Assembly (NCBI GenBank): GCA_902634185.1
Contig: CACPJC010000001.1
Coordinates: forward strand, 64,001-128,000
From: an uncultured Candidatus Actinomarina sp.
Lineage (GTDB): Bacteria; Actinomycetota; Acidimicrobiia; Actinomarinales; Actinomarinaceae
Length of the DNA: 64,000 nucleotides
Reading direction: 5' to 3'
Each line of letters begins with the position of its first letter. The stretch's first letter is position 1. A program made the position numbers and the translations under genes. A model generated the notes under the pieces. The model searched no databases. It was not told where the DNA came from and saw only the letters and a list, made by a program, of their open reading frames with translations. Shown here in pieces: positions 29,499 through 40,948 of the stretch.

Positions 29499-31237
29499 AA
29501 ATAGTAAAACATTCATTTGATGGAGTAATCGTTGGTGCTGGTGGGGCCGGTCTTAGGGCTGCAATAGAAGCAGCACCTCACATGAAGCTTGCTGTCATAA
29601 CAAAACTTTATCCTACAAGATCTCACACAGGTGCAGCTCAAGGTGGGATGAGTGCCGCTCTTGCAAATGTTGAAGAAGATAACTGGAACTGGCATGCTTT
29701 TGATACCGTCAAAGGTTCAGATTACCTTGCTGACCAACCTGCAGTAGATATTTTATGTAAAGAGGCAATTGATGCCGTAATTGAATTGGAACACTGGGGA
29801 TTACCATTTAGTCGATTAGATAATGGAAAAATTGCGCAAAGGAGATTTGGTGGTCACACTGTAAAAGAAGGTGAGTCTCCTGCTTTCAGAGCTTGTTATG
29901 CAGCTGACAGAACTGGTCACATGATTCTTCAGACGCTTTATCAAAAATGTGTCTCTATGGGAGTAACTTTTTTTGATGAATTTCAAGTTCTAGATATCAA
30001 GATTGAGGATGGTATCTGCCAAGGTGTTATTGCCTATGAACTTGCAACTGGAGATATACATATTTTTGAAACCAGAGCAGTTACATTTGCAACTGGTGGA
30101 TTTGGTAAAATATTTAAAGTTAGCTCTAATGCTCACTCATTAACTGGTGATGGACCAGGGATTCTCTATCAAAAAGGTATACCTTTGGAAGATATGGAGT
30201 TTTATCAATTTCATCCAACTGGAATATATAGATTAGGTATTTTGCTTTCAGAGGCAGCTAGAGGTGAGGGTGGAATTTTAAGAAATAAAGATGGAGAAAG
30301 ATTTATGGAAAGATATGCTCCGTCAATTAAAGATTTAGCACCTAGGGATATGGTTTCAAGAGCTATAGCTACTGAAATAAGTGAAGGTAATGGTGCGGGT
30401 CCTGATAGCGATTACGTTTATTTAGATTTGACTCACCTCGGTGCAGAGACAATAAAGAAAAAATTACCTGACATAACTGATTTTGTTAGAACATATGTGA
30501 AAATTGAACCGATTGAAGAACCTATACCTGTTCAACCTACAGCACACTACGCTATGGGAGGCATCCCAACAGATGTTTATTCACGTGTACTTAGTGATGA
30601 AAAAGGAACAGTTCTACCAGGAGTTTATGCTGCTGGAGAAGCAGCATGTGTAAGTGTTCACGGTGCAAATAGATTAGGTACTAATTCACTCCTAGATATA
30701 GTTGTTTTTGGTAAAAGAGCAGGTCAAAGTATGGTTGATTACGTAACTCAAACAAAACCAAACAGCATAAGTGACAGTGCCTCTGATGATCTTTCAAAAA
30801 AGATACAAAATCTTATTGATAAAGAACATACTGATGAATTTTCTGTGGCAAATATTAGAAAAGACCTTCAAGAATCCATGGAAGAGAATGCAAAAATATT
30901 TAGAACTAAAGAGACTTTAGAAAAACAAACAGAGATATTGGAAGAATTAAGAGACAGATACGAAAATGTAACAATTTTCGATAAGAGTAAAGTTCACAAT
31001 TCAGAGCTTGTCGAGGCTATTGAGTTAGATTACCTATTAGATATGTCTGAGGCTACTGTTGCAAGCGCACTTGCTCGCAATGAGTCAAGAGGAGCTCACT
31101 CAAGACAAGATTTTCCTGATCGTGATGATACAAACTTTATGAAACATTCCTTTGCGTTTAAAAAAGATAACACAGCAAATCTTAAGTACAAAGATGTAGA
31201 ATTAGGAAAATATGAACCAATGGAACGTAAATACTAA
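29495..31237 (+). CDS. sdhA: Succinate dehydrogenase flavoprotein
   Basis: GAGGAG, RSHTGAAQGG, QFHPTG, HYAMGG, HGANRLG. Confidence 0.97.
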   Translation: MKIVKHSFDGVIVGAGGAGLRAAIEAAPHMKLAVITKLYPTRSHTGAAQGGMSAALANVEEDNWNWHAFDTVKGSDYLADQPAVDILCKEAIDAVIELEHWGLPFSRLDNGKIAQRRFGGHTVKEGESPAFRACYAADRTGHMILQTLYQKCVSMGVTFFDEFQVLDIKIEDGICQGVIAYELATGDIHIFETRAVTFATGGFGKIFKVSSNAHSLTGDGPGILYQKGIPLEDMEFYQFHPTGIYRLGILLSEAARGEGGILRNKDGERFMERYAPSIKDLAPRDMVSRAIATEISEGNGAGPDSDYVYLDLTHLGAETIKKKLPDITDFVRTYVKIEPIEEPIPVQPTAHYAMGGIPTDVYSRVLSDEKGTVLPGVYAAGEAACVSVHGANRLGTNSLLDIVVFGKRAGQSMVDYVTQTKPNSISDSASDDLSKKIQNLIDKEHTDEFSVANIRKDLQESMEENAKIFRTKETLEKQTEILEELRDRYENVTIFDKSKVHNSELVEAIELDYLLDMSEATVASALARNESRGAHSRQDFPDRDDTNFMKHSFAFKKDNTANLKYKDVELGKYEPMERKY

Positions 31238-31932
31238 TGGATATTAATTTAAAAATTCTAAGGTATGACCCAGAATCAGATAGAAAAGGGCACTGGGAAA
31301 ACTATATAGTAGATGCTGAACCTGAAGAAAGAATTCTGGATTTATTACACAAAATTAAATGGTTTGAAGATGGTTCGCTTTCATTTAGAAGATCTTGCGC
31401 TCACGGAGTATGTGGTTCTGATGCAATGGTTATCAACGGTGAAAATATGCTTGCTTGCCAGGTATTAGTTAAAGAAGTTGGAAATCCTATAAAAATTGAA
31501 CCGATACGTGGCCTTCCTGTTGTCAAAGATTTGATTGTTGATATGGAACCATTTTTTGATAGTTATAAAAAGGTGATGCCTTATCTAATAAATGAAAAAG
31601 AACCTGGAGATAGGGAAAGATTACAGTCTCCAGAGGATAGAGATAAGTTTGAAGATACTACAAAATGTATTTTGTGTGCAGCGTGTACAACTAGCTGTCC
31701 TGTATTTTGGACTGCAGACACATATGTTGGACCAGCAGCTATTGTAAATGCACACAGATTTGTTTTCGATTCTAGAGATGAAGGCACAAAGCAAAGGCTT
31801 GAAATTTTGAAAGATGTTAATGGTGCATTTAGATGTAGAACGGCATTCAACTGTACATCAGCGTGTCCACGAGGCATACAAGTAACAAAAGCAATTGAGG
31901 ACATCAAGCGAGAGACACTCCTAAATAGTTAA
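31237..31932 (+). CDS. sdhB: Succinate dehydrogenase iron-sulfur subunit
   Basis: RRSCAHGVCGSD, CILCAACTTSCP, CRTAFNCTSACP. Confidence 0.97.
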   Translation: MDINLKILRYDPESDRKGHWENYIVDAEPEERILDLLHKIKWFEDGSLSFRRSCAHGVCGSDAMVINGENMLACQVLVKEVGNPIKIEPIRGLPVVKDLIVDMEPFFDSYKKVMPYLINEKEPGDRERLQSPEDRDKFEDTTKCILCAACTTSCPVFWTADTYVGPAAIVNAHRFVFDSRDEGTKQRLEILKDVNGAFRCRTAFNCTSACPRGIQVTKAIEDIKRETLLNS

Positions 31933-32222
31933 TGACTGACCTAAATAGTGATATTGAAGAAGTCATAAAGAACTTAAAACTTTCTGAAAAAAAATCGTTA
32001 AACAATATTTATCTTCAATTGATAGATGAAAAAGATGAAAACACTTTTATAAATTTAGATACTGGAGAAATTACAAAAGATCTTTCTCACAATAATTATG
32101 GATTGATAATAAAAATGTCTATTCAAACATTTAACGAATTAAAAAATAATGAAAAACATCCAGAAGATTTAATGTTTGAAGAGAAAATTAAGATTTCTGG
32201 CGATCTCAAGTTATTACAGTAA
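31932..32222 (+). CDS. Small SCP2 (sterol-carrier-like) domain protein
   Basis: C-terminal IKMS..TF..L.....P..LM...KIKISGDL pattern of SCP2 domains. Confidence 0.6.
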   Translation: MTDLNSDIEEVIKNLKLSEKKSLNNIYLQLIDEKDENTFINLDTGEITKDLSHNNYGLIIKMSIQTFNELKNNEKHPEDLMFEEKIKISGDLKLLQ

Positions 32223-32225
32223 AAA

Positions 32226-32250
32226 GAAAAGACGGCTATGCCGTCTTTTC
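32226..32250. terminator. Bidirectional intrinsic terminator between the sdh operon and hup
   Basis: GAAAAGACGGC-TAT-GCCGTCTTTTC between convergent genes. Confidence 0.85.
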
Positions 32251-32269
32251 AAATGATTAAAATCAAGAA

Positions 32270-32542
32270 TTAGTTCAAACTATCTTTTAATCCTTTTGCA
32301 GCTTTAAAAGCTGGTGCATTTTTTGCAGCAATCTGGATTGTTTCTCCAGTTGCTGGATTTCTACCCTGTCTAGCAGCCCTGTATCTTGACTCAAACTGTC
32401 CAAATCCAGCAATACTTACTTTATCGCCATTCTTCATACCGTTTGTTATGCCATCAAAAACTGCGTCAACAGCTGCTTTTGCGTCTGATTGTGACAATCC
32501 TACTTCTGATGCCACTACGCTTGCCAATTGGTCTTTATTCAT
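32270..32542 (-). CDS. hup: DNA-binding protein HU
   Basis: MNK.QL, GFGQF, GRNPATGETIQI, PAFKA. Confidence 0.97.
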   Translation of the reverse strand: MNKDQLASVVASEVGLSQSDAKAAVDAVFDGITNGMKNGDKVSIAGFGQFESRYRAARQGRNPATGETIQIAAKNAPAFKAAKGLKDSLN

Positions 32543-32647
32543 AGCTGTTTTGCCTTTCTTTAATATTCTTAAGGCAATTATAGTTTTTTTATTAAAAATA
32601 TCTTAAAAATACAATAAATATTGGGTTTTTTTTGAAAAAGACTGATT

Positions 32648-33586
32648 TTATTGATTTTTTATGTTATTGAGCTCTTCAACCTTAGCTTTTACAGCGTTTG
32701 ATGCATCAATTAGTGCATTTTTTTCATGTTCGGTAAGTTCAAATTCTACTACTTCCGTGACCCCATCCTTGCCTAGTTTTGCAGGCACTCCTAGATATAC
32801 GTTATCAATACCGTATTGACCTTCAAGCCAAGCACAAACAGGAAATATTTCATCTGAATTGTTTATTATTGATTTAACCATGACTGCCGCTGAAGAAGCA
32901 GGAGCAAAATATGCACTCCCAGTTTTCAGCAATCCAACAATTTCAGCACCTCCATTAGAAGTTTTCTCAACCAGCTCATTTATATCAGATTCACTCAAAA
33001 TATCTATAAGAGGTTCTCCTTTCACCGTACAAAGTGATGGAACAGGGACCATTGTTTCTCCGTGACTTCCTAAGGTTAGTGCGTATACATCAGAGGTATC
33101 AACAGAAAGCTTTTCAGCGATAAAATATGCGAACCTCGATGAATCTAAAATTCCTGCTTGTCCCATGACTTTATTTTTAGGCAAACCAGAAACATCTGAA
33201 GCAAGAGTAGTCATTTGATCAAGTGGATTCGTCACAACAACGATTGAAGGGTTGTCAGAATACTTTAATATTTCCTCAGTCACACCTTCAACAATTTTTG
33301 CATTTACCTCTAACAAATCCATTCGAGACATTCCTGGCTTACGTGGTAAACCAGCAGTTATAACGACTACATCACTTCCTTCTGTGTCCTTATAATCATT
33401 AGTTCCTATTAGTTTTGTGTTGAATTGTTCAACAAATCGTGACTGATTGATATCAAGGGCAAGCCCTTGAGGAAGGCCTTCAACAATATCTGTCATTACA
33501 ACTTCTTGTACAATATCGTACTCAGCTATTCTTAACGCTGTCATCGATCCATACTTTCCAGCTCCAACAACTGTAACCTTATTCAT
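32648..33586 (-). CDS. mdh: Malate dehydrogenase (LDH-like)
   Basis: TAGLPRKPGMSRMDLL, VTNPLD, LGSHGETM; follows icd. Confidence 0.95.
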   Translation of the reverse strand: MNKVTVVGAGKYGSMTALRIAEYDIVQEVVMTDIVEGLPQGLALDINQSRFVEQFNTKLIGTNDYKDTEGSDVVVITAGLPRKPGMSRMDLLEVNAKIVEGVTEEILKYSDNPSIVVVTNPLDQMTTLASDVSGLPKNKVMGQAGILDSSRFAYFIAEKLSVDTSDVYALTLGSHGETMVPVPSLCTVKGEPLIDILSESDINELVEKTSNGGAEIVGLLKTGSAYFAPASSAAVMVKSIINNSDEIFPVCAWLEGQYGIDNVYLGVPAKLGKDGVTEVVEFELTEHEKNALIDASNAVKAKVEELNNIKNQ

Positions 33587-33589
33587 TTA

Positions 33590-34837
33590 CTACTTCTCCT
33601 TTTTTGAAGTTTTCATATTACTGATTAAAGCATTTGCAAATTCTGATGAAGAGAGAATTTTTTTGACACTTCTTCCTCGAGCAAGATCATAAGTTACTTT
33701 TCCTTCGAGAATTGTTTTCTCCATTGAGTTAACAATTAGATCAGCAGCACTATTCCAACCCATATATCGAAACATCATTACTCCTGACAAAATTAATGAT
33801 CCTGGATTTGTTTTATCTTGACCAGCATATTTAGGAGCAGTACCATGTGTTGCTTCAAAAACCGCTTTTCCATTTTCATAGTTTATGTTTCCTCCAGGAC
33901 TGATACCAATGCCTCCTATTTGAGCTGCTAAGGCGTCAGAAGCATAATCTCCATTGAGATTCGTTGTAGCAATTACATCAAACATTTGTGGTTTAATTAG
34001 GATTTGCTGTAAAAATGCATCTGCAATAACATCTTGTACTAATATTTTATCTCCAGGATCACCACCACAATCCTCCCATGAAACTGCAACATCTGAAAAC
34101 TCCGACTTTACAAGGTCGTAACCCCATTTTCTAAATGCACCTTCAGTAAACTTCATAATGTTTCCTTTATGCACTAAAGCAACATTTTTTTTATCATTTT
34201 CTACGGCATAATTAAGTGCTGCTCTTATCAGCCTTTCAGAAGCAGTCTGAGATATTGGTTTTATTCCAATCCCGCTGTCTATTCTTATATCCCATCCAAA
34301 TTCCTGTTTTAAAAAATTATTAAGTTTTTCAACATCTTCTGAGGAATTTTCTAGTTCTTTTCCTGCGTAGACATCTTCGGTATTTTCTCTAAATAATGTT
34401 ATATCTACATCTTGTGGGTTTTTTGTAGGAGTTTGAATGCCTTTGAAATATTTGATAGGCCTCAAGCAAACATATAAATCAAGTTCTTGTCTTATTGCAA
34501 CATTGATAGATCTTATTCCTTCACCTACAGGTGTAGTTAATGGACCTTTTATACCCACACCATATTCATTAAATGTTTCTAAAGTTTTATCTGGAAGCCA
34601 CTCAGAAGTTGTATCATAAGCTTTTTGTCCTGCTAAAACTTCTATCCAATTAATCTTTCTATCATTTTTGTAAGTTTTTTCGACTGCAGCATCAAAAACT
34701 TTTTTTGCAGCTGGCCAAATATCGATACCAATTCCATCCCCCTCAATGAAAGGAACAGTAGGATTGTCAGTATCAAAAGATTTTCTTGTCTCCTCAATAG
34801 CATTAATTAGATCTGTTCTTTTTAAATTTTCAGCCAT
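33590..34837 (-). CDS. icd: Isocitrate dehydrogenase (dimeric type)
   Basis: [42 protein letters not shown]. Confidence 0.96.
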   Translation of the reverse strand: MAENLKRTDLINAIEETRKSFDTDNPTVPFIEGDGIGIDIWPAAKKVFDAAVEKTYKNDRKINWIEVLAGQKAYDTTSEWLPDKTLETFNEYGVGIKGPLTTPVGEGIRSINVAIRQELDLYVCLRPIKYFKGIQTPTKNPQDVDITLFRENTEDVYAGKELENSSEDVEKLNNFLKQEFGWDIRIDSGIGIKPISQTASERLIRAALNYAVENDKKNVALVHKGNIMKFTEGAFRKWGYDLVKSEFSDVAVSWEDCGGDPGDKILVQDVIADAFLQQILIKPQMFDVIATTNLNGDYASDALAAQIGGIGISPGGNINYENGKAVFEATHGTAPKYAGQDKTNPGSLILSGVMMFRYMGWNSAADLIVNSMEKTILEGKVTYDLARGRSVKKILSSSEFANALISNMKTSKKEK

Positions 34838-35705
34838 TTATAACATCTTTCATTGCTTTTCCTATTTCAGTTGGCGTCTTAACAACTATTGCACCAGCAT
34901 CAGTTAAAGCTTGAATCTTTGCTTCTGCGGTGCCTTTGTTTCCTGAAACAATTGCTCCAGCATGGCCCATTTTTTTACCAGGAGGTGCCGTTACTCCAGC
35001 TATATATGACACAACAGGTTTTGTGACATTTTGTTTAATAAAATCTCCTGCTTCTTCTTCAGCTGTACCACCAATCTCTCCAATCATAACGATACCTTCT
35101 GTTTCACTATCTGCTTGAAATTTCTCAATTACATCTATGAATGACATTCCAGGTACTGGATCTCCACCAATACCTATACACGTTGATTGTCCAATATTAA
35201 GATTTGTTAACTCATGAACAGCTTGATAAGTCAAAGTTCCTGACCTTGAAACTACTCCTATATTTCCCGGTAATGTAATTTCGTGAGGCATAATTCCAAC
35301 ATTTGCCTTACCCGGTGATATTAAACCTGGACAATTTGGACCTAAAAGAGAGGCTTTTGTTTCTTTTTTCAGAATGTCATACATTTCAGCTTCATCTTTT
35401 GCTGGTATTCCTTCAGTTATACATACTATTAATTCACATCCACCAAATGCAGCTTCTAAAACTGCATCTTTTGCAAATGCAGGTGGGACAAAGGTGAGAG
35501 CAACATTAGCATTTGTTTCACTGACAGCTTTTTCAACATCATCAAATATAGGAATGCCTTCAACATTTTCCCCACCTTTTCCTGGTCTTGTTCCAGCTAC
35601 AATTTTGGTTCCATAATCTCTATTTCTCAGAGCATGAAATTGGCCTTCTCTACCGGTCAGACCTTGTACTACAACTTTTGTATTTTCATCTATGAGAATT
35701 GACAT
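34830..35705 (-). CDS. sucD: Succinyl-CoA synthetase alpha subunit
   Basis: [23 protein letters not shown]. Confidence 0.97.
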   Translation of the reverse strand: MSILIDENTKVVVQGLTGREGQFHALRNRDYGTKIVAGTRPGKGGENVEGIPIFDDVEKAVSETNANVALTFVPPAFAKDAVLEAAFGGCELIVCITEGIPAKDEAEMYDILKKETKASLLGPNCPGLISPGKANVGIMPHEITLPGNIGVVSRSGTLTYQAVHELTNLNIGQSTCIGIGGDPVPGMSFIDVIEKFQADSETEGIVMIGEIGGTAEEEAGDFIKQNVTKPVVSYIAGVTAPPGKKMGHAGAIVSGNKGTAEAKIQALTDAGAIVVKTPTEIGKAMKDVING

Positions 35706-36839
35706 TTAAAGACCTTTCTGAACTGCCAATTTTGCAGCTGAATCCATTGACTCTTCTATGAATATTTTTTCATTAGGGTTTGCTCTTAATATCTCTAGTC
35801 CTTCTAAAGAATTCGTTCCGTCTAGCCTAATGATAATTGGCCATACAAGTTCTTTTCCTTTAGTTGCCTCGATTATTCCTTCAGCAACTAAATCACACCT
35901 TGTTATTCCACCAAATATATTTATCAATACTGACTTTACATTTTGATCAGCCTCTAAAACTTCAAGAGCGGAACTTACAGTCTCAGCTTTTGCTCCGCCA
36001 CCAATATCAAGAAAGTTGGCTGCTTTACCTCCATTTTCAGCAACAACATCAAGTGTAGACATTACTAAACCTGCGCCGTTTCCAATAATTCCAACAGACC
36101 CATCAAGTTTTATAAAATTTAAACCTTTTTCTTTCGCATTTTTCTCGGATTCAGGAATTGGTATTTCTTGTTCAAAATCATCAAAATATGGATGTTTATA
36201 TTTTGCATTCATATCTAATGTTACTTTTGAGTCAAGTGCCATTACACCATTGTCTGTAATTGCAAGAGGATTGACCTCTACAAGATCACAATCTCCTTCT
36301 GTGAACATCAAATACAAGTTTTCTATTATTTCTGAAAGACTTTCTTCATGATCTTTATTCAAATTAGCTTTGTGAATTAATTCGGAAATAGTTGATGACG
36401 TTAATTTTTCTGATGGACTTACATGAAACTTAACTAAGTCATCTGGATTTTCCTCTGCAACTTGTTCAATGTCCATACCTCCTTTAGCACTCAACATAAT
36501 TAGATATTTTTTTTCTGACCTGTCTAAAGTAAACGAGATGTAGTATTCCTCTAAAATATTTGATGCTTCCTCTAAGAGAAGAATTTCTACCTTGTGGCCT
36601 TTTATATTCATACCTAATATTTCTTCAGAATGTTGTGTTAACTCGTTAATGTCTTTAGCTACCTTGATACCCCCCGCTTTTCCTCTTCCCCCAACTTGTA
36701 CCTGGGCTTTCACAACAACGGGAAAATTAAGATTAATTGGGTCATTTAAATCATTTAGGTTTTTAATTAGTTTTGAATTGGGATGATTTATATTAAATTT
36801 TTGATATAAAGATTTTCCTTGATATTCAAATAAGTCCAT
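35706..36839 (-). CDS. sucC: Succinyl-CoA synthetase beta subunit
   Basis: MDLFEYQGK, KAQV..GGRGKAGG, GNGAGL, NIFGGITRCD. Confidence 0.97.
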   Translation of the reverse strand: MDLFEYQGKSLYQKFNINHPNSKLIKNLNDLNDPINLNFPVVVKAQVQVGGRGKAGGIKVAKDINELTQHSEEILGMNIKGHKVEILLLEEASNILEEYYISFTLDRSEKKYLIMLSAKGGMDIEQVAEENPDDLVKFHVSPSEKLTSSTISELIHKANLNKDHEESLSEIIENLYLMFTEGDCDLVEVNPLAITDNGVMALDSKVTLDMNAKYKHPYFDDFEQEIPIPESEKNAKEKGLNFIKLDGSVGIIGNGAGLVMSTLDVVAENGGKAANFLDIGGGAKAETVSSALEVLEADQNVKSVLINIFGGITRCDLVAEGIIEATKGKELVWPIIIRLDGTNSLEGLEILRANPNEKIFIEESMDSAAKLAVQKGL

Positions 36840-36886
36840 TACTCCCCCAAAAGATTATATATTACCAAGTTCAAATATTAAAGATA

Positions 36887-39019
36887 TCATTCAAATATTA
36901 TTGGGGCCCATTCAATATCTAAATGTTTGATTCCATGCTCTCCACCAAAGTTAACTGTGATCTCATTACCATTCACTTCTTCAACAATTCCCGAACCATA
37001 TTTTTCATGTATCACTTTCTTTCCGAGAGAACCTACAGAATTACTTTTGTTATCGGTTGATTCTTGATGAATTTTAATTTCTTTCAAATAGGGTTTAGCT
37101 TCATCGATGAATCTGCTTGGAAGATAATAGTTTGTTCCTCCCCACATAGTTCTGGTATTTGAATATGTTAAATAAAGCTTTTTTTCAGCCCTCGTCATCC
37201 CAACATAACAAAGTCTTCTTTCTTCTTGTATTTCAAAATCAGTTTCAGATCTTTGACTAGGAAATATATTTTCCTCCATTCCAGTCATGAATACTACCGG
37301 GAACTCCAATCCTTTAGCATTATGTAGTGTCATAAGCAGAATTCTATCTTCTTTGTCTACATCGTCTGAATCTGTGAAAAGTGCAATTGATTCTAAATAT
37401 TCTCTAAGAACTGTAAATGGATCTTCTATGTCTTCTTCATATAAATTTTCAAATTCAAATGCTGAAGTAAGTAATTCATCAAGATTTTCTAATCTCATTT
37501 GAGAGTCTAAAGTTCCTTCTTTAACTAATTCATCTTTGTAGCCTGTTAATTCTAAAGTTTTTGAAATTGTTTCTGAAGGGCCCTGCAATGCAAAGGATTT
37601 CAAGTCATTAATTATCTCTTTGAAATTATTTATTTGTTTTTTTACCCTGTCAGATAAATTATTGATTTCATCCAGGTTTTCTATAGATTTTGATAAAGAA
37701 ATCTCATTTTTGTTTGCGTAATCTCTTAATTTCTGAAGTGTTGACTCCCCAATTCCTCTTTTGGGAACATTTAATATTCTCTCAAATGAGACTGTATCTT
37801 CAGGATTTATTAAGTAATTTAAATATGCAAGAATATCTTTAATCTCCTTCCTGTCGTAAAATCTCACATTACCAACAACCTTATAACTTAAACTTAATTT
37901 TCTTAACTCTTCTTCAAAGAGTCTTGATTGATTATTTGTTCTATAAAAAATAGCAATTTCAGTAAACGCTTTATCTTCTAAAAGTTTATTTATTTGTTCA
38001 GCTATCCATCTTGATTCATCTCTTTCAGAGTTGAATTCAACTAAATTTACATCTGATCCTTCGTCATTATCAGTCCATAATTTTTTATCTTTTTTTCTTG
38101 GATTGTTTGATATTACCGCATTTGCAATATCTAAAATTTTTTGGGAAGACCTATAATTTTTTTCTAAAGATATAACTTTTGCATTTTTAAAGTCACTTTC
38201 AAACTCTTCAATATTTCTAATATCCGCACCCCTAAATGCATATATGCTTTGATCAGAATCCCCAACAACACAGATATTCTTATGTTTTGATGCAAGTAGT
38301 TCAACAAGACGATATTGCACCATATTAGTATCTTGATATTCGTCGATCATTATGTATTGAAATTTTGAAGACCAGTAATTTAGTGACTTGTCACTAGTCT
38401 CAAGAAGTTCTACTGCTTTAATTAGTAAGTCATCAAAATCCATTGAGTTAGCTAGCATAAGTTTTTTCTGATACGATGAATAAATCTCTGCGACTTTTAC
38501 ATCAAAAAACGATTGTGCAAATTCAACAGCTTCTCCAGGTAAGATCCTTTGATTTTTTAAAGATGAGATGTGTGCTTGTATTCTTTTTGGAGAATATTGT
38601 TTTGTGTCAATATCTGAATCTCGCATACAATTACGAACTAATTTTGTAGAGTCGCTTTGGTCGTAAATAGTAAAATTATTATTAAAGCCAATCAGATGGC
38701 CATGTATTCTTAACATTTTGACACAAAGACTATGAAACGTAGATATCCATTTCGGAGACAACTCAAGATTTAGTAAATCACTTATTCTATCTTTCATTTC
38801 ATTTGCAGCTTTATTTGTAAATGTAATAGCCAACACATTTTCAAAATTTATCCCATATGTTTTTATTAAATGTGCATATCTGTAAGTTAAGACTCTTGTT
38901 TTACCTGAACCTGCCCCAGCAATAATGAGTAAAGGACCATTAACATTTTCAATCGCTTCTTTTTGTTCATTATTTAGCAATCCTGACCATTCTTCAGGAA
39001 GTGGTTTTAATTTATTCAT
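36887..39019 (-). CDS. pcrA: ATP-dependent DNA helicase PcrA/UvrD
   Basis: AGAGSGKT, DEYQDTN, GDSDQSIY, TLHNAKGLEF, EERRLCYVGMTRA. Confidence 0.95.
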   Translation of the reverse strand: MNKLKPLPEEWSGLLNNEQKEAIENVNGPLLIIAGAGSGKTRVLTYRYAHLIKTYGINFENVLAITFTNKAANEMKDRISDLLNLELSPKWISTFHSLCVKMLRIHGHLIGFNNNFTIYDQSDSTKLVRNCMRDSDIDTKQYSPKRIQAHISSLKNQRILPGEAVEFAQSFFDVKVAEIYSSYQKKLMLANSMDFDDLLIKAVELLETSDKSLNYWSSKFQYIMIDEYQDTNMVQYRLVELLASKHKNICVVGDSDQSIYAFRGADIRNIEEFESDFKNAKVISLEKNYRSSQKILDIANAVISNNPRKKDKKLWTDNDEGSDVNLVEFNSERDESRWIAEQINKLLEDKAFTEIAIFYRTNNQSRLFEEELRKLSLSYKVVGNVRFYDRKEIKDILAYLNYLINPEDTVSFERILNVPKRGIGESTLQKLRDYANKNEISLSKSIENLDEINNLSDRVKKQINNFKEIINDLKSFALQGPSETISKTLELTGYKDELVKEGTLDSQMRLENLDELLTSAFEFENLYEEDIEDPFTVLREYLESIALFTDSDDVDKEDRILLMTLHNAKGLEFPVVFMTGMEENIFPSQRSETDFEIQEERRLCYVGMTRAEKKLYLTYSNTRTMWGGTNYYLPSRFIDEAKPYLKEIKIHQESTDNKSNSVGSLGKKVIHEKYGSGIVEEVNGNEITVNFGGEHGIKHLDIEWAPIIFE

Positions 39020-39029
39020 ACCCTAGGAA

Positions 39030-40001
39030 CTAAACTCCAACAACTGCGCTTACTTCATCCATTGTTTTTTTTGCAGAATTTTTAACATCATCAAGATTAT
39101 CTTTAATCAAAGAGGCAACATCTCCTTCACTTAATGAGTCATATCTTTCTTTAATTGGCTCTAAATAACTTACTACGCTTTCTCCAACCTCAATCTTAAA
39201 TTCACCATATGACGAATTTTTAAATTTATTTTCAACATCTGCATGAGTAAGTTCATGTAGTGTTGAATAAATATCAATTAAGTTGCTAATACCTTTTTTG
39301 GTTTCGTTATCAAATTTTATTTCATTTTCAGAGTCAGTAACTGAAGACTTGAACTTCTTAATAATCTCATCTTTTGAATCATCAAAATATATTGTTCCAT
39401 TTATATCATCTTTGCTTTTTGACATTTTGTTATCTGGGTGGCGTAAAGACATCAATCGAGCTCCTACTTTGCCAGTTGTTCTTTCAGGTAAAGGAAAAAT
39501 TTCACCATAAGAATTATTAAATCTTTCAACAATGTTTCTAGTTAGTTCTAAATGCTGAGTTTGATCGTCTCCAACAGGTACTTCATTAGCTTTGTGGATT
39601 AATATATCAGCAGCCATCAACACAGGATATGTAAGTATTCCAGCGTGGCTACCCAATTGATCTGCTTTTTCTTTAAATTGCGTCATTCGTTGCAGCTCTC
39701 CAATTTGGCAAAAGTTTGATAGGATCCAAGAAAGTTGTACATGCTCAGGAACATTACTTTGGATGTAAATGTTAGAATTTTTTTGATTAATTCCTGAAGA
39801 AATAAGGACTTTTATAGTTTCATTAATATTTTCTTGCATTAATGAAGGGTCTGGATGTGTAGTTAAAGAATGAAGATCGACAACACAAAAATAGTTTTTA
39901 TTTTCCTCATTTGATAAATGTACCCAATTATTTATAGCGCCTAATAAGTTTCCTAAATGCACTTTACCAGTGGGTTGAATTCCTGAAAAAACAGTTTTCA
40001 T
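39030..40001 (-). CDS. trpS: Tryptophanyl-tRNA synthetase
   Basis: SGIQPTG..HLGN, VPVGDDQ.QH, KMSKS. Confidence 0.97.
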   Translation of the reverse strand: MKTVFSGIQPTGKVHLGNLLGAINNWVHLSNEENKNYFCVVDLHSLTTHPDPSLMQENINETIKVLISSGINQKNSNIYIQSNVPEHVQLSWILSNFCQIGELQRMTQFKEKADQLGSHAGILTYPVLMAADILIHKANEVPVGDDQTQHLELTRNIVERFNNSYGEIFPLPERTTGKVGARLMSLRHPDNKMSKSKDDINGTIYFDDSKDEIIKKFKSSVTDSENEIKFDNETKKGISNLIDIYSTLHELTHADVENKFKNSSYGEFKIEVGESVVSYLEPIKERYDSLSEGDVASLIKDNLDDVKNSAKKTMDEVSAVVGV

Positions 40002-40060
40002 ATCTGCTATTCTAATAAACTAAATCGAAATGGAGTAATTTTATAAAATCCAAGTACACA

Positions 40061-40948
40061 ATGTCACCTTATGCAGGTTTAAGAAATATAGTTCTAATTG
40101 GTTTCTTATTTGGGTTTCATGGGTTACTAAATAGAAGTTTACTCATTGATAATGTAAGTGAAATTTTTATTGTAACTGCAAGAATTACAATCGTAACTGT
40201 TTTACTAGGAATATATTGTGGAAAAGAATTTTTAAGAGAAATTAATTTAAATTTTTTTTTGAAAGGTAGTTTAACCGGAACACTTGCTATTTTTATTCCT
40301 GGTTGGACCTTTATTTATGCATTAAAGAATATATCTTCTGGCTTACAAAGTATATTCATTTCTACAATTCCATTGTTTACAGTGTTTTGGGTTCTATTAC
40401 TTTTTAAAGAAGAAAAAATAACAAGATTAAAAATTATTTCAGTTCTAATAGGACTTATTGGATTAATAGTCTTATTCATGTCTGGTGCTACTGGTTTGTC
40501 AGGTGAGGGTGATTTACTTACAGGAGGAATCTTAGCTTTAGTAGGGGTTCAAGGATTAGCACTCAGTAACATAACAAATAAAAAAGACTCACAATATATT
40601 CCAGCTAAAACATACCTTTTTACTCAATGGCTATGTGGAAGCCTGATTTCAATGGTTTTATTTTTTGCTCTTGGTGGAGAAATTGAACCACTTAATTCGT
40701 CGGCAAACCTCAGACTTATGGGTCTCGTATTCATAGATATATTCAATTATTCACTCTTTTTCTACACAATAAAAAGACTCTCAGCAACTTTTACAACAAT
40801 GGTAGATTATGTCGTACCAATCACTGGAATTACCCTTGGTTATATCTTTTTAGATGAAATTGTAAATAATGTTTTTTACCCTACACTGCTGTTAATTTTT
40901 GTGTCTTTATACTTGGCTGTAAAAGATGAGGCAAATAATTTATACTAA
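40061..40948 (+). CDS. DMT/EamA family transporter
   Basis: About 10 TM segments in two repeats, KEEKIT, YVVP..G..LG..FLDE. Confidence 0.8.
   Translation: MSPYAGLRNIVLIGFLFGFHGLLNRSLLIDNVSEIFIVTARITIVTVLLGIYCGKEFLREINLNFFLKGSLTGTLAIFIPGWTFIYALKNISSGLQSIFISTIPLFTVFWVLLLFKEEKITRLKIISVLIGLIGLIVLFMSGATGLSGEGDLLTGGILALVGVQGLALSNITNKKDSQYIPAKTYLFTQWLCGSLISMVLFFALGGEIEPLNSSANLRLMGLVFIDIFNYSLFFYTIKRLSATFTTMVDYVVPITGITLGYIFLDEIVNNVFYPTLLLIFVSLYLAVKDEANNLY

Noticed and set aside
32550-32577. Inverted repeat TTGCCTT...AAGGCAA that could occlude the hup RBS
   Set aside because: The upstream arm abuts the TATAAT box and probably lies before the transcription start, so it would not be in the mRNA.
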